Notes: generated by a model not told the origin, from the letters alone. A stretch of 64,000 bases of DNA from an uncultured delta proteobacterium (GCA_963767925.1 CAVYGB010000008.1:2080001-2144000), one strand, 5' to 3'. Numbered from the stretch's first letter, positions 8,406 to 20,192 are shown. Made by a program: numbers and translations.

Positions 8406-8453
8406 CCACCTTCACACGGTGGAAGTCGCAGGTTCAATCCCTGCAACGCCCAC
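8406..8453 (+). tRNA. 3' fragment of tRNA-Val(CAC), attR
   Basis: Anticodon arm CCACC-TTCACAC-GGTGG, T arm GCAGG-TTCAATC-CCTGC, acceptor 3' strand AACGCCCA; no D arm or 5' acceptor strand upstream. Confidence 0.88.
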
Positions 8454-8469
8454 TTCAGATGCCAGGAAC

Positions 8470-8513
8470 ATCGGCCGGTTAGGCATGGCGCCCTACCCGG
8501 CCGATTTCATTTC
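8470..8513 (+). terminator. Probable intrinsic terminator of the original tRNA gene
   Basis: ATCGGCCGG...CCGGCCGAT stem followed by TTCATTTC. Confidence 0.6.
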
Positions 8514-9112
8514 GTCACCCAGCAGACCACCACACATCCCACGGCGCACCGCCCGTCTGGCCGCTCGCTCCCGCGCTCGATTCCGGCCGGGGTCTTCACG
8601 AATCGCCTGGGGACGCGTTTTTCTTGGTCCCGATCGTCGTCCGGGTCAGTCATGTAGGTGTATGGGCATCGTGACCCACGAGACGTCCACTCACGTGCGG
8701 TGGCACTCCGGACCCGCGCCAGATCGTATTCGCGCATATCCCGGCCGAGAACCGCACAGCTTCCATGAAGCGACAGTCGGACGTGCGGTCCCGGGTCCCG
8801 GTCCTGGGCGCTCAGCGTGAGGTCGAAGGGCACGCCGACGGGGACGCCCTTCTGGGTAAATCGCCCGCTGCCGGGATCGAACCCCCACCCTCGTCCAGCA
8901 CCTGCCCTTCGATCGCCACGCCACCGCGAGACAGGCGCAAGATGATCCGGTGCCGTCCGCCGGGCGCCAACAGGAAGGACGACGAGTAGGCTGACGCCCA
9001 GCGATCGTCCGCCGCCGTGACCAGGTAGCGGGCATTGCGTCCACCTCGTTGCCGAATCGGCGGGAGACCCGCCGCGGCCCCCGCGCTGCTCCCCGGTGCG
9101 CCCGAGCCGAGC

Positions 9113-9733
9113 CGGAACCTGTCAACGAGAATGAGAGCACCAACCTTGAAGTTTGCGCTCGCGCCTCCTCGGTCGCGGGGATGGGTTTGGGTGGGTTGAT
9201 CCAGACGGTCTCGGGCGGCCGGCGTGGTGTCGGCGCCCCGTGAACGAAGCGCTCGGGGTTGGCGGCGTAGGCGCTGTCGAGGACACGGGCGCGATGAGCG
9301 AGGCGGTGGTCGACAAGGCCGTGGTGGACATCGTGAGGCGTGAGGAGCGCCAGGCGGCTGTGATGGTGCTGAGTGTTGTACCAGGCGAAGAACTCGCGCA
9401 GGAACTGGCGGGCGTGCTCGATCGACGCAAACCGCTCGGGGAAGTGTGGCCGGTACTTGAGGGTCTTGAACTGCGCCTCCGAGAACGGATTGTCGTCAGA
9501 GACGTGCGGCCGGGAGTGGCTCTTGGCCACGTCGAGCGCGACGAGCAACGAGGCCACGGAGTGCGAGGCCATCGCGGGGCCGTTGTCGGAATGTACTCGG
9601 CGGTGAACGACCGCCGCCTTGCCTTGCTCACGACCTCGGTATCCTGGGCCAACCCGGTATGCATTCCTATCCGTTCCCGACTCGCCCTTCGACACTAAAT
9701 TTCGGTGCGGCGTTGTCTCAGGTCACGTTGGCA
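9113..9733 (-). mobile_element. Internally deleted IS3-family element
   Basis: OrfA start (EVVSKARRRSFTAEY) abuts OrfB core HSDNG...SDDNPFSEAQFKTLKY...WYN; imperfect IRs TGCCAACGTGACCTGAGAC / TGTCAACGAGAATGAGAGC. Confidence 0.82.
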
Positions 9734-10275
9734 GATAGGGGGATCGCCATCGTGCGAAAGTAGCCAGGGTCGACGAAGAGCATCTGCATCCGGGGCCGCT
9801 GCTCGGGTGGCACCTCGGTCTGCCCGTCCAGCAGGAAGGGAGCGTCCCCCCCGGATGTTGTCGAGCGGGCCCTGCGAGGCGAGGCTGGCGCTGGTCACGC
9901 CGGGAAGCGCGCGGACCTGCTCGATCCACCGTTCGCTGATCTGAATCTGCTGCTCGATGCGGGGGTGTTTCCTCTCCAGCAGGCCCAGGTCGAAGGTGAT
10001 CAGATGCTCGGCGGAGAAGCCGAGCTCGGTGCGCACCAGGCGGCTCACGGTCTGAAAGATCAGGCCCGCACCCACGAGCAGCATCAGCGTCAGGGCGATC
10101 TGTCCGACGACCAGCGCCTGTCGCAGGCGCACGCGATCTGGCCGGGCGGCGGCGTCGAGCCGCATGGCCTGCTGCAGGTCCTTGCGTCTGGCCTGCAGCG
10201 CGGGGACGAGGCCGAAGACGATCCCCGTGACGATGGCGGTCGCGGCCGCGCAGACGACCACCCGGGTGTCCACGC
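9734..10275 (-). pseudogene. Fragment of FtsX/MacB-type ABC permease
   Basis: TGIVFGLVPALQA...LRQALVVGQIALTLMLLVGAGL...VRALPGVTSAS; truncated at both ends. Confidence 0.8.
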
Positions 10276-10279
10276 TCAG

Positions 10280-11805
10280 GCTCGACGGCCGCGGGATCCG
10301 CCCACGACGCGTTTACCTGGACCGACCAGAACTTTCGACCGCCGTCCCCTGCGGACGGTGTCATCTACGAGATGCACGTCGGCACGTTCACGCCCGAGGG
10401 GACGTTCGATTCGGCCGTTTCCCGTCTGGAGCATCTCACCGAGCTCGGCGTCACACACGTCGAGCTGATGCCGGTGGCCGCCTTCCCGGGCGAGCGGGGC
10501 TGGGGGTACGATGGCGTCGACCTGTATGCGCCGCACGCATCTTATGGCGGACCACTCGCTCTCAAGCGCCTGGTGGATGCCTGTCACCAGCGGGGGCTGG
10601 CGGTGGTGCTCGACGTCGTCTACAACCATCTCGGTCCGTCCGGGAACTACCTGGCCGAGTTCGGTCCATATTTCACCGACCGCTACCGGACTCCGTGGGG
10701 GACTGCCGTCAACCTCGACGGCCCGGACTCGGATGAGGTCCGCCGGTTTTTCGTCGACAACGCCCTCCACTGGATTCGCGATTTTCACATCGATGGGCTT
10801 CGGCTCGACGCCGTTCATGCCCTGGTGGATATCTCGGCGGTCCACTTTCTCGAGGAGCTGGCCGGCGCGGTCCACGAGCTGGGAGCCAGGCTGGGCCGTC
10901 CTGCCGTCGTCGTGGCGGAGAGCGACCTGAACGATCCTCGGCTGGTCCGCTCGGAGGACGCTGGAGGCTACGGCCTCGATGCGATGTGGGCGGACGGATT
11001 TCATCACGCCTTGCACGCCGCCTTGACTGGAGAGCGATCTGGCTATTACCAGGACTTCGCCGCGCTCGAATGCCTCGCCCGCGCGCTGAGCCGAGGACTG
11101 GTGTACGAGGGACAACGGTCGCCCCATCGTCGGCGCCGGCACGGCCGGCCGCTCGACGGCGTATCGGGACGGCGGCTGGTCAGCTTCCTGCAGAACCACG
11201 ACCAGATTGGCAACCGCGCTCGGGGCGAGCGCATCGCGCATCTGGCTGGTGTCGAGGCAGCGAAAACGGGAGCTGCCCTCCTTCTGCTCGGACCGTTCGT
11301 GCCGCTGCTCTTCCAGGGGGAAGAGTGGGCTGCATCCAGCCCGTTTCCCTACTTCACCGATCACACCGATCCTGCCCTCGCCGAGGCTGTGCGCGAGGGA
11401 CGCAGGCGGGAGTTCGCCGCCTTTGGCTGGCGGCCAGAGGAGATTCCCGACCCTCAGGCTCCGGCGACATTCGCCGCGGCCAAGTTGATCTGGAACGAGC
11501 GCGAACGGGCCCCCCACGCGGGCGTGCTCGCCTGGTTCCGCGCCCTCATCGGCCTGCGTCGATCCCTGCCGGCCCTGCGGTCCGGCCGGTTCGATCTCAA
11601 TCAGGTGCGCTTGGACGAGCAGGCCGGCTGGCTGTCCATCGAGAGGGATGGCTTGCTGCTGGCCTGTCAGCTCACTGGCCGTCCAGCCCGGCTGCCGCTG
11701 CCCGGTCCCGCCCGCGAGATTCGCTTGGTTTCGCAAGCCGGCGTGAAGATCGAGGGAAGCGACCTCCTTCTGCCACCCCATTCCGCGGCGGTTCTGCTCC
11801 GCTGA
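10280..11805 (+). pseudogene. treZ: Malto-oligosyltrehalose trehalohydrolase, 5'-truncated (catalytic domain open 10372-11805)
   Basis: YEMHVGTFTPEGTF, WGYDGV, DVVYNHLGP, GLRLDAVH, QNHDQIGNR; N-terminal domain replaced by permease fragment. Confidence 0.85.
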
Positions 11806-11909
11806 GAGCGCGCTGACTTCCGGCCGGTGCACCTGGCCGCCACCCGGGAAGGTGGTAAGGTCGTCCTCGCCTCGATGACCTACCCACCAGACGACCGGCC
11901 GAGTCGTCG

Positions 11910-12555
11910 ATGATTCGCCCGCGGCTTGGCCCACCTCGCGTGGTCGGGCTGATCGCGCTCGGCTGCTGGGCGGCCGGTTGTGCGGGCACCGATGTCCAGC
12001 GGGTCGAGGGCCGGATCGTCACCGGTATCGAGATCGTCGGAACCGACGCGGTCGCCGAAGGCGCGATCAAGAAGAAGCTCGCCACGCGGCAGACGGGCTG
12101 GTGGCCTTTCGCGAAGAAGTACCGCTTCGATCCCGTGGAGTGGCAGGTCGACCTGGAAAGGATCGAGGTACTACGAGACCCAGGGTTACTACCGAGCCGA
12201 GGTGGTCGGCTCGCAGCTGCTGGAGCAGGGGCCGGATGCGCTGGCGCTCCGGGTGGAGGTGCGAGAGCGCGAGCCGGTGCGGATAGCCGACCTCACCGTG
12301 CGGGGTCTCGAGCTCCTGGCTCCCGGGCGCCGGGAGCTGGTGCTCGATGATCTGCCGTTGCGACCCGAAGAAGTGTTCCTGGAGAGGCGGTGGCTCCAGG
12401 CCAAGACCGTGATCATCGATCGGCTCAAGGACGATGGCCACGCGGCGGCGGCCCTGGTGGGAGAGGCGAGGCTGGATCTGCGGGGGAATCGGGGGCAGCT
12501 GGATCTCCTGGTCGACCCTGGTCCCAGCTACCGCTTCGGGCAGGTGATCGTGAAC
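11910..12555 (+). pseudogene. TamA/BamA-family fragment (signal + POTRA, frameshifted, barrel missing)
   Basis: Lipobox-like AAGC, DLERIE/RYYETQGYY, VDPGPSYRFGQV. Confidence 0.7.
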
Positions 12556-14249
12556 GCTGGATCTGCAGGCCGCGGTGCAGGATCTGGTCGCCGCCGGGCA
12601 TCCGGTGGGCGCCGTCGATCTGGCGGTGGTGGCCGCACCCGGGTCGCCCCTGACCGCGGATCTGCGCGTCCGCACCCTGGGCCGCACCGGAACGGTGAGC
12701 CTGCGCGCTCCCGTCGATCTAGGCGAGCTGCTGCGCAGGCCCCGACCCGCCAGCCGGTTTTACGACCAGCCGTTCGAAGCCCACGCACCCACCGACGCCC
12801 GCCTGGAGGTCCAGGCGCGCGACAGCGCCCAGGGATTGACGGCGCAGCTTTCGGTGAGCCGGGCGGACCGGACGCTGGCCAGCCTCCGCGCTTCGGTGGC
12901 CCTGGCCACCACCCAGCTCGCCGACCGAGCGGCGCTGGCGCGGGCCCCGCTCTCGCTGGACAGCCAGATCGGCCCCCTCGACCTGCAGCGCCTGGTAGCG
13001 CCGGCGGGCGCTCGCGGGCAGCGAGCTGGACTCCTGGGCGGTCGCGCGCAGGCCCGGGTCCAGCTCGAGGGAACCCTGGGCGCGCCACGGCTCACGGCGA
13101 GCGCCCGGGTGGACGGCGTGTCTCTTCAGGGCGTACCGCTGGGCCGGGCTCACCTGCGGCTCCACTACGCCGACCAGCAACCCCGTCTGGAGCTGCGACT
13201 CGACGGCGAGGACGGGGGCTACCTGGAGCTGACCGCGAACAGCCGGGTGGACCTCGGCTATCCACTGCCCCCGGGCGGACCTGGCCTGCGCACCCTTCCG
13301 GTGACGGCCCGGCTGCGCGCGGATCGATACGACCTCACGCCGCTTGCAGGCCTGAGCGACCAGGTCCGGGTGGTCGAGGGGCGTCTCGCCGCGCAGGCGG
13401 ACATCGCGGGCCCCCTCGGCGCACCCCGGGTGCAGGGCCGCCTGGAATGGAAGGACGGCCGGCTGGTCAGCGAGAACGGACCGGACGGCCGCCCGACCGC
13501 GCCGGCGGACCGGGTTGCCGAGCTGCGGGTGAGAGCGCCCAGGAACCTCTAAGTTCGGGGCCCGGACATCAATCTGGAGCTCGGCCTGGGACCCGAGTTC
13601 GTGCTGCTCACCCACCCCGAGCCGTCGATCTTCGGGACGGTCCTGGTCCGGCGCGGTCAGAATGGAGGTGCTGGGACGCCGCTTCGTGCTGGATGACAGC
13701 TCGCTGCTGAGATTCACCGGTCCCCCCGATCGGCCACGGCTCGAGGTCCGGGCGGTGCACCGGCCCCGCCACGCCGATCTGACCGTGGTCGTCAACCTGA
13801 GCGGTCCTGTCGATGCTCTCGAGATCGACATCACGTCCCCCGAGCGCCCCCAATACGCCCAGGCCGACCTGCTGGCAGTGGTCATGACCGGCCGGTCACC
13901 GGAAGCGCCGTCGTCGGAAGTCCCCTCTCCTTCCAGCCAGGCGGCCTCGCTTCTGGGAGGCCTGCTCGCCGACAAGCTACAGAGCACCATCATCCGCAGG
14001 CTGCCCATCGACGTCCTCAACATCGACCCCGCCAAAGGCCTCCGAGGCCTGCAGCTCGAGGCCGGCACCTACCTGGGCGACGATCTGTACATGTCCTACG
14101 TCGGCCGGTTCGGCAACGACCCGTTCCTGCGGGAGAACCAGAACGAGGTGCAGCTCGAGTACCGGCTGTCGCAACGCTGGAGCTTCGAGGCCAGCTACGG
14201 CGACGCCCGCCGCGGCTCGGCGGACATGGTCTGGACCAATCGCTACTGA
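12556..14249 (+). pseudogene. TamB-family fragments with intact C-terminal DUF490-like end
   Basis: GTLGAPRL beta-repeat segments; C-term LEAGTYLGDDLYMSY...EYRLSQRWSFE; frameshifts and stop at 13550. Confidence 0.7.
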
Positions 14250-14314
14250 GCCGGGCACCCGCGAGCCGGGCCGCTCCGGTTGCAGCGCCCGGTCGGCACG
14301 GGTAAAAGCAGAGG

Positions 14315-15247
14315 ATGATGCTGCCGTTTCCACCCCGACGAATCCTCTGCGCCTCGGACCTGAGCGACTCTGCCGACGAGGCCATCCGACAGTCGGAAAG
14401 GTGGAGCCGCCGTCACGGGTCGGACCTCCTGCTGGTGCACGTGATTCCGGATCCGGTGCGAAGCTACCCCCTTTTTCCCCAGCGCCACCGCTCCAGCTAC
14501 ACGGAGGAGCTCCCCGATCTCGTTTCCGAAGCCGGACGCCTGCTTTCCGAGCGAGCCGCCGCGGCGACCGGTCTACCTGCTTCCAAGCTCCGGACGCTGG
14601 TGGAGATCGGCAAGCCCTACGCGGCCATCATCGCGGCCGCCGAACGGGAAAGCGCCGACCTGGTGGTCGTGGCCGGCCGGGGTGCCTCCGGCCTCCAGCG
14701 GGTCCTCCTCGGAAGCGTCGCCGAGCAGGTCGTGCGTTATGCGCCCTGCCCGGTCCTGGTGGCGCACCCCTCGCCGGAGACCGGGCACGTCCTCGCAGGC
14801 ACCGACTTCTCCGACCCGTCGCTGCCGGCTCTCGCTGCGGGCGCCATCGAGGCAAAAGCCCGCTCCGCGCGCCTGACCGCCTTCCACGCGATCGCCAACG
14901 AGCTGCCGATACCTCTGGTCGCTTTCGGCCTGGCCGCCGAAAGCTTGCTGACCGGGATGACCGAGGCCGAGCGGAAACGCAGCCAGGAGGCGGAGGAACA
15001 GCTGGCCGCATCGCTGGCCCGCGTCGGCGCGCAGGGGGACTGCCGCGTCGGACAAGGCGACCCCGCCACCGCCTTGCTGCGCGTGGCCGACGAGCTTCCG
15101 GCGGAGCTGCTGGTCGTCGGCACGCACGGCCGGACCGGGCTGCGCCGTCTGGCCCTTGGCAGCGTCGCCGAGCGCGTGGCGCGAGCCGCCGGGGTGTCGG
15201 TTCTGGTACTTCGTCTGACCGACCCGCCGACACCGGGGCGGCACTGA
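14315..15247 (+). CDS. Tandem-domain universal stress protein
   Basis: ILCASDLS, two GxxG...LGSVAE motifs. Confidence 0.92.
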   Translation: MMLPFPPRRILCASDLSDSADEAIRQSERWSRRHGSDLLLVHVIPDPVRSYPLFPQRHRSSYTEELPDLVSEAGRLLSERAAAATGLPASKLRTLVEIGKPYAAIIAAAERESADLVVVAGRGASGLQRVLLGSVAEQVVRYAPCPVLVAHPSPETGHVLAGTDFSDPSLPALAAGAIEAKARSARLTAFHAIANELPIPLVAFGLAAESLLTGMTEAERKRSQEAEEQLAASLARVGAQGDCRVGQGDPATALLRVADELPAELLVVGTHGRTGLRRLALGSVAERVARAAGVSVLVLRLTDPPTPGRH

Positions 15248-15399
15248 CCGGGTCCTGCAATCCGTCGCTGCCGTCCAAGATGGTGGCCAACTCAGGAGGC
15301 GACAGCCGAGCTGACCCGACCATCCTCGGCCTGCGAGCCGCCGCTTGAAACGCGCCTCGAGGTCCGATGTGCGGGAAAAGAGCCGATGACGAGCGGTCC

Positions 15400-16368
15400 A
15401 GGAGCGGCCTTCACAGTTTCGCTGGCCATGAATCTCGACCTCCGTAGACTCCGGAAGGAGCAGAAGGCGATCCGGCGGCTGATCACCCTGGGCGCGGCGA
15501 TCACCTTCGCTGGCGGAGCTCTCGGCGCCCGGCTGATTCTCGGCTAGACCTGGACCAACTCGCTCCTGTTCGGCTCTCTGGTCATCGTCACCGGGCCGAC
15601 CGTCATCACCCCCTGCTCCGCCGCATTCACGTCGCGCGTCCCCTGCGCACCATTCTCGAAGCCGAAGGTGTGCTCATCGATGCGGTGGGGGCCATGGTGG
15701 CCGTGGTGGCGCTAGAGATCGCCGTGCGGCCCAGCGGCGCCTCGCTGGCCTTCGGCGTCTTCGACCTCACTGCCGAGGCAGCCGGACGCCGCGTTGTGCT
15801 GGGCAACGCTCTCGAGGAAAGCACCCTGCGACGCTGCAACCTCGAGACCCGCCGGGGCTTTGTCGCCCTCACCGAGAACGAGGGCATCAACTTCATCGTG
15901 GCGCGCAACGTGCGAGAGCTGTTCCAGGTCCGCAACGTCCTGGCGGCTTTCGACCGCCGGCCGGTGGGTCTGCAATCCACGATTGCCCAGGAGCACGGCC
16001 TGCATGTGCTCTTCGGCCTGGCCCGCGACCTCGAATTCTGGGGCACGCTTGCGCGCCAGGCGGAATTGTCGAACGAGCGGTTCGTCCTCGAGCACCCGGG
16101 CCAGGGCGCGGACGTCCGTGGCGTCGACGGCGGCGCCGACGAGATGAAGGCCATGTTGCTTCCGGTGCTCTACCGGCGGGGCTCTCGGGTGATCATGATG
16201 GACGAGCGCTGGGTACCGCGCAAAGCGGACACCGTCACCTTCCTGGTGGCGACCGCACGCGCGGAGCGGGCGCGCGTGCTGCTGACCCGGGGAGGCTGGC
16301 GCCGGCTGCCGGGACGGGAGCGCGCTGCCAGGCCGCCCGCGCGCGATCCGCAGCCAGCGGTGGGCTGA
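15400..16368 (+). pseudogene. Cation:proton antiporter (CPA1/NhaP with TrkA-like tail), deleted and frameshifted
   Basis: NLDLRRLR, VTGPTVI, LEAEGVLIDAVG; in-frame TAG ~15545; jump to VVLGNAL. Confidence 0.7.
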
Positions 16369-16405
16369 AACGCGCCGGCCCGCAATCTCCTCAGCCGCAA
16401 CCTCC

Positions 16406-16861
16406 TCAGGAGGACTGGCGCGATCGCGCGAACATCAGGACGGCGCTCCGGAGGGCAGCGACATCGACTGGCCGGTCGAGCATCGCCAGGACCCCGAGAC
16501 GGGCCGCCTCGCCCCGGGCGTCGACGTCATCCAGCGCCACCAGGAGGATGAAATGTGGTGACAATCCCTGCTCCCTCAGCGCCCGAAGCACACTCAGACT
16601 GCCAGCCACCGGCAGGTTCAACCCGGCTATCAGCAGGGGCTCGACGGCGGCTTCCGAACCCTCGAGATAGGCGGCGGCCAGGTTGGCCATCAGGTCGCTG
16701 CCATCGCGGGCTTCAATCACCTGGTGACCATCTTCTCGCAGGACCGCCGCCAGTCGCGCGCGACCGTCCTCGTCTTCCTCGGCCAGGATGATCTCCAGGG
16801 AATACCCCGATTCCTCATCGCTGCCTGCCGAACCCGGCTGTCTCACGTGTCCGCCGTCCAT
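16406..16861 (-). CDS. Atypical single-domain response regulator
   Basis: IILAEEDEDGR...receiver fold; phospho-Asp position reads G (LLIAGLNLP), KP reads RP; GGAGG RBS. Confidence 0.7.
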   Translation of the reverse strand: MDGGHVRQPGSAGSDEESGYSLEIILAEEDEDGRARLAAVLREDGHQVIEARDGSDLMANLAAAYLEGSEAAVEPLLIAGLNLPVAGSLSVLRALREQGLSPHFILLVALDDVDARGEAARLGVLAMLDRPVDVAALRSAVLMFARSRQSS

Positions 16862-16959
16862 CTTTCCTCCGTCTGGCCAATCGCCGACCGTCGATCCAAT
16901 CGGCGATCTCACGGCCGCACGCCCGCACGGATCGCTAGGCCGCACGTCAGGAGCCCGCC

Positions 16960-17518
16960 GCTGGGGCGGGCGCGGCATCGCCGAGGGGCACCGCCAGCAC
17001 CGAACATGGTGCCGACTCTGCCACCATCTCGGCCGCGCTGCCAAGGAGCAGGCGGCGCAACGCCGACTGGCCACGCGTGCCGACCACCACCAGCTCCGCG
17101 CCCAGTCGACCCGCCAGGCGGGCCTATTGTCGCGGTCGGCGGGCCCAGCGTTACCCGGACGTCGCCCGCGAGGTCGGACCGGGAAAGCGCCTCGGCCAGC
17201 CCGTGTCCGGCGATTTCGGCCATCGTCGCGTCAACCGTGATGGGCAAGCTGGCCGAGCTCACTCCGTCCATGATGTGGACCACGGTGAGACTCGCCCCGT
17301 ACATCCGGGCCACGGCGGCAGCGGCCCGGATGGCCGGCAGCGACGGGTCGGAGAGATCGGTCGCGGCCAGGATGGTGCGAACGACGATGGACGGCTCCGC
17401 GCGAACAATCAATACCGGACGCCTCCCAGAGACGGGCGAGCGCGTCGGCCTGGCGGATCGCCCGATCGGCAGTCGACCGTAAATCCACTCCGACCAGAAT
17501 TCTCCTTGGTTCGAACAT
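16960..17518 (-). pseudogene. Universal stress protein remnant
   Basis: MFEPRRILVGVDL, ILAATDLSDPSLPA and VVGT segments lie in different frames. Confidence 0.75.
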
Positions 17519-17965
17519 ATCCACTCCTTTCCGTCGCATGGTGTGTTCAACGTCCCAGCCGCCCCGGCACCGTCGGGTTGACGAATGGTGGAATACCGAT
17601 TCACCTCAGCCGGGAGCGGCGGCCGGTCGACACGGGACATGCGGTGGCGTTCTGCCACCGGGAGGACGCGGGCGAAATCGAACGGCGTGGCGGCCAACCC
17701 AAAATCCAATATACACTCACCTCATTGGCATGCCAACCATCTTTTGGGCTCCGGAAGCTCACGTGTCGGTCGAGGTCGCCGTGGCTGTCGCCGGCTGCAC
17801 CGCGGGGTACCGCGCCTTCGGGTTCGCGGCCGGCAGCACAGCCCTCCCGCCGTCCTGACGGCCCTGCTGCTGCGGGGAGTGGTCGGTCTCGCCCGACGTG
17901 AGCGTTGTGTTAGTGAGAGCCGGCCAGGCCTTATGCTTGGCTGCCAATGACCTGCCCTCCCGTGT

Positions 17966-18260
17966 TCAGGACGCTCGCCGGTATCGGGCGAACAGCACCA
18001 CTGCCTGCCGCAGGTCGCCGAGATCGAACGGTTTGTCCAGCACCATGAGGGGACCCAGGCGTCCGGCCTCGCGATGGGTCTCGTGGCCACCGAAGGCCGT
18101 CATCAAGATGAAGTCGGGATGCCTGCCGTGCGTGTGGAACTCTCGAATCACACTGATGCCGTTCGGCGCCCGGCAGGCGCAGATCCGTGACTACCAGAGG
18201 CGTGTCCAGGGATTCCGAGCCGTCGAGATAGGCGCAGGCGAGATCGGCCATCAGGTCATT
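17966..18260 (-). pseudogene. Response regulator remnant, paralog of 16406..16861
   Basis: DLMADLACAYLDGSE...VTDLRLPG / FILMTAFG...LDKPFD; frameshift, N-terminus missing. Confidence 0.7.
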
Positions 18261-18711
18261 GCCATCGCGTGCCTCGCACCAGACACATCATCTGCTGGAT
18301 ATCGAACGGCTTGTCGAGCACTACGGCGCCGAGACGCACAGCCTCCTCGCGAAGCTCCGGATCGGCGAACGACGAAATCAGGATGACCGGCGTGTTCCAG
18401 TGGTATTGGCGGAGCGCCGTGAGGGCCTGAAGGCCCGTAGCTCCCGGCAGGCGGAAGTCCGAGATGACGAGCTCGACCAGAGTCTCCCCGTCGGACCGGA
18501 GCATCCAGGAATCCACCAGACCAAGCAGCTCCAGACCGTGACTGGCCTCGACCACCTCGATCCCATCGCGGCGCAGGCACGCGGACAGCAGATCCCGGAA
18601 CTCGTCGTCGTCCTCGGCGAGGATGACTCGAGCCTGTATCGCCTCCGGCGTGCTCTCGAGTGCTGCGCCCCGGACAGGTGCGCCTGTGGATGATTGCATG
18701 AGCACCTCCAT
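18256..18711 (-). CDS. Single-domain response regulator
   Basis: ILAEDD, VISDFRLPG, ILISS, LDKPF. Confidence 0.88.
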   Translation of the reverse strand: MEVLMQSSTGAPVRGAALESTPEAIQARVILAEDDDEFRDLLSACLRRDGIEVVEASHGLELLGLVDSWMLRSDGETLVELVISDFRLPGATGLQALTALRQYHWNTPVILISSFADPELREEAVRLGAVVLDKPFDIQQMMCLVRGTRWQ

Positions 18712-18803
18712 CCGGGTTCACCTGCATCCGACGTGCCGCCCCCTTGGCAGCACAAGCTCCGATCCCGCCGGCGCTCTTCGGCTTCCTGGCAGTCGCTGGA
18801 GGC

Positions 18804-20125
18804 TCACTGGCCCGTCGCGCGCAAGGCCGCGAGCGCTTCGGTGTAGCGCGCGTGCAGGACACCGCAGTCTGGCTCGGCGACCTGAACGGCGCTTTCCGAG
18901 TAGATCATCTCGACGTGCCGCCGCACTTCCCGCCGGTGGATCTCGACCGTGGTCGCCTTGCCGATCTGCTCGAGCGCCCCCAGCAGGTGAAGGCGCATCC
19001 CCACGTAAACGCGGCCATGACGACGGATTTCGTCGAAAGCTGCGCCCGGCAACCCGGAAAAGCCGGGGCTGACGGCCACGACACGCAGCCGTCCGTCCCC
19101 ATCCCGGTGGTGTGGCTCCCGCAAACCGCAGCGGGCGGCTTCGGTCAGGGAGGCGGCCAGCCAATCCACACACCTCCTGTCCGTGAAGGGGTCGTTGATA
19201 CCGGGTGAAAGCGCGCGAATCGCGACCTCGGCCAGCTGCCGGATCACGTACTGAGCGTCTTGCTCCTCGGTGCGATGCTCGCCGATGATGAAGGCTTGCC
19301 GCGCGGCCGAGTCCAGCTCCGGCGATACGGCCGCCGCCGGATTACCCGTGAGCAGCGGCGTCTGGGAAATCACGAAATCTCCCGGACGGATGGCGAACCG
19401 CCATACGAGCTCATTCCGTCGCGCCAGATCCAGCCGGACGTCGAGGTCGACCACCTGCAGATAGCCGCTGCGGTCGGCCTTGACCGTGCTGCCATCGGCC
19501 GGCACCGTGGATGGCAGGGGACCGCCCCGGGGCTCTCGATCGACCGGCGCTCCATCTTGCGGTCCCGCCACGACGTGGCGGACGAAGGCGGCCTGGAGCT
19601 GGCGTCCAAGTCCGGCAATCACCACGGGGGCCTGCAGCGACAAGGAGGTGTGGTGGATGAAGTAAACCAGCACGGCGAGGCAGAGAAGGGCGAGCGCGAA
19701 CCCTCCGCTCACGCCAACCTGAGACACGAAGGCGTTCTCCTCCATCGAACGGATCGTCCGCAAATCACCAGGCAGTAGGCAAAAGTCCCGACGAAGGTCC
19801 CCGGGACTGGTTGCTCCGATCCTGCATGAAATTGCGGAGGAGCCGGGGGCCGAACTGCTGCCAGGCCTGCGTCAGGATCACGATGGTTATCGAGAAGGCC
19901 ACCCCGCCGACCGTGATGATCGAAGCCGCGATGGTGGAGAGCAGCGCCCGGGCGCCATCACTGCCATCCTCGTACAACCAGCTCGACCCGGCACGCCCAT
20001 CCCAGACAACCTCGGCCTGCAGGGCCGCCACCGCCAGCGTAAAACCGTAGGCCATCATGGCCAGCGGTATGAAAAGATAGTGCGACCCGAGAGCGTTCCA
20101 CAGATGCCGGAGGCGGGTACCCACC
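18804..20125 (-). pseudogene. DUF2254-family membrane protein, frameshifted ~19790
   Basis: ARALLSTIA...QQFGPRLLRNFMQDRSNQ; RALSPGINDPFT. Confidence 0.8.
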
Positions 20126-20192
20126 CCCTCAAGATGGGGACTCGAACCGGATCCGGCCCTTGGTCTCTTGCCCCGCTGGGGCCGGTCTGGCG

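Larger units (their letters stand above)
1..8453. mobile_element. Integrative element (satellite/integrative plasmid/prophage-like) inserted at tRNA-Val(CAC); left end outside window
   Basis: Tyrosine integrase ends 76 bp from a 3' tRNA fragment; adjacent xis-like HTH, primase-like Rep, GIY-YIG and XRE regulators; gene content switches abruptly after 8513. Confidence 0.85.

Noticed and set aside
8380..8453. Intact tRNA-Val gene
   Set aside because: No D arm or 5' acceptor strand; only the 3' portion is present
8507..9060. Short ORFs right of attR
   Set aside because: No recognisable motifs or RBS; probably decayed DNA
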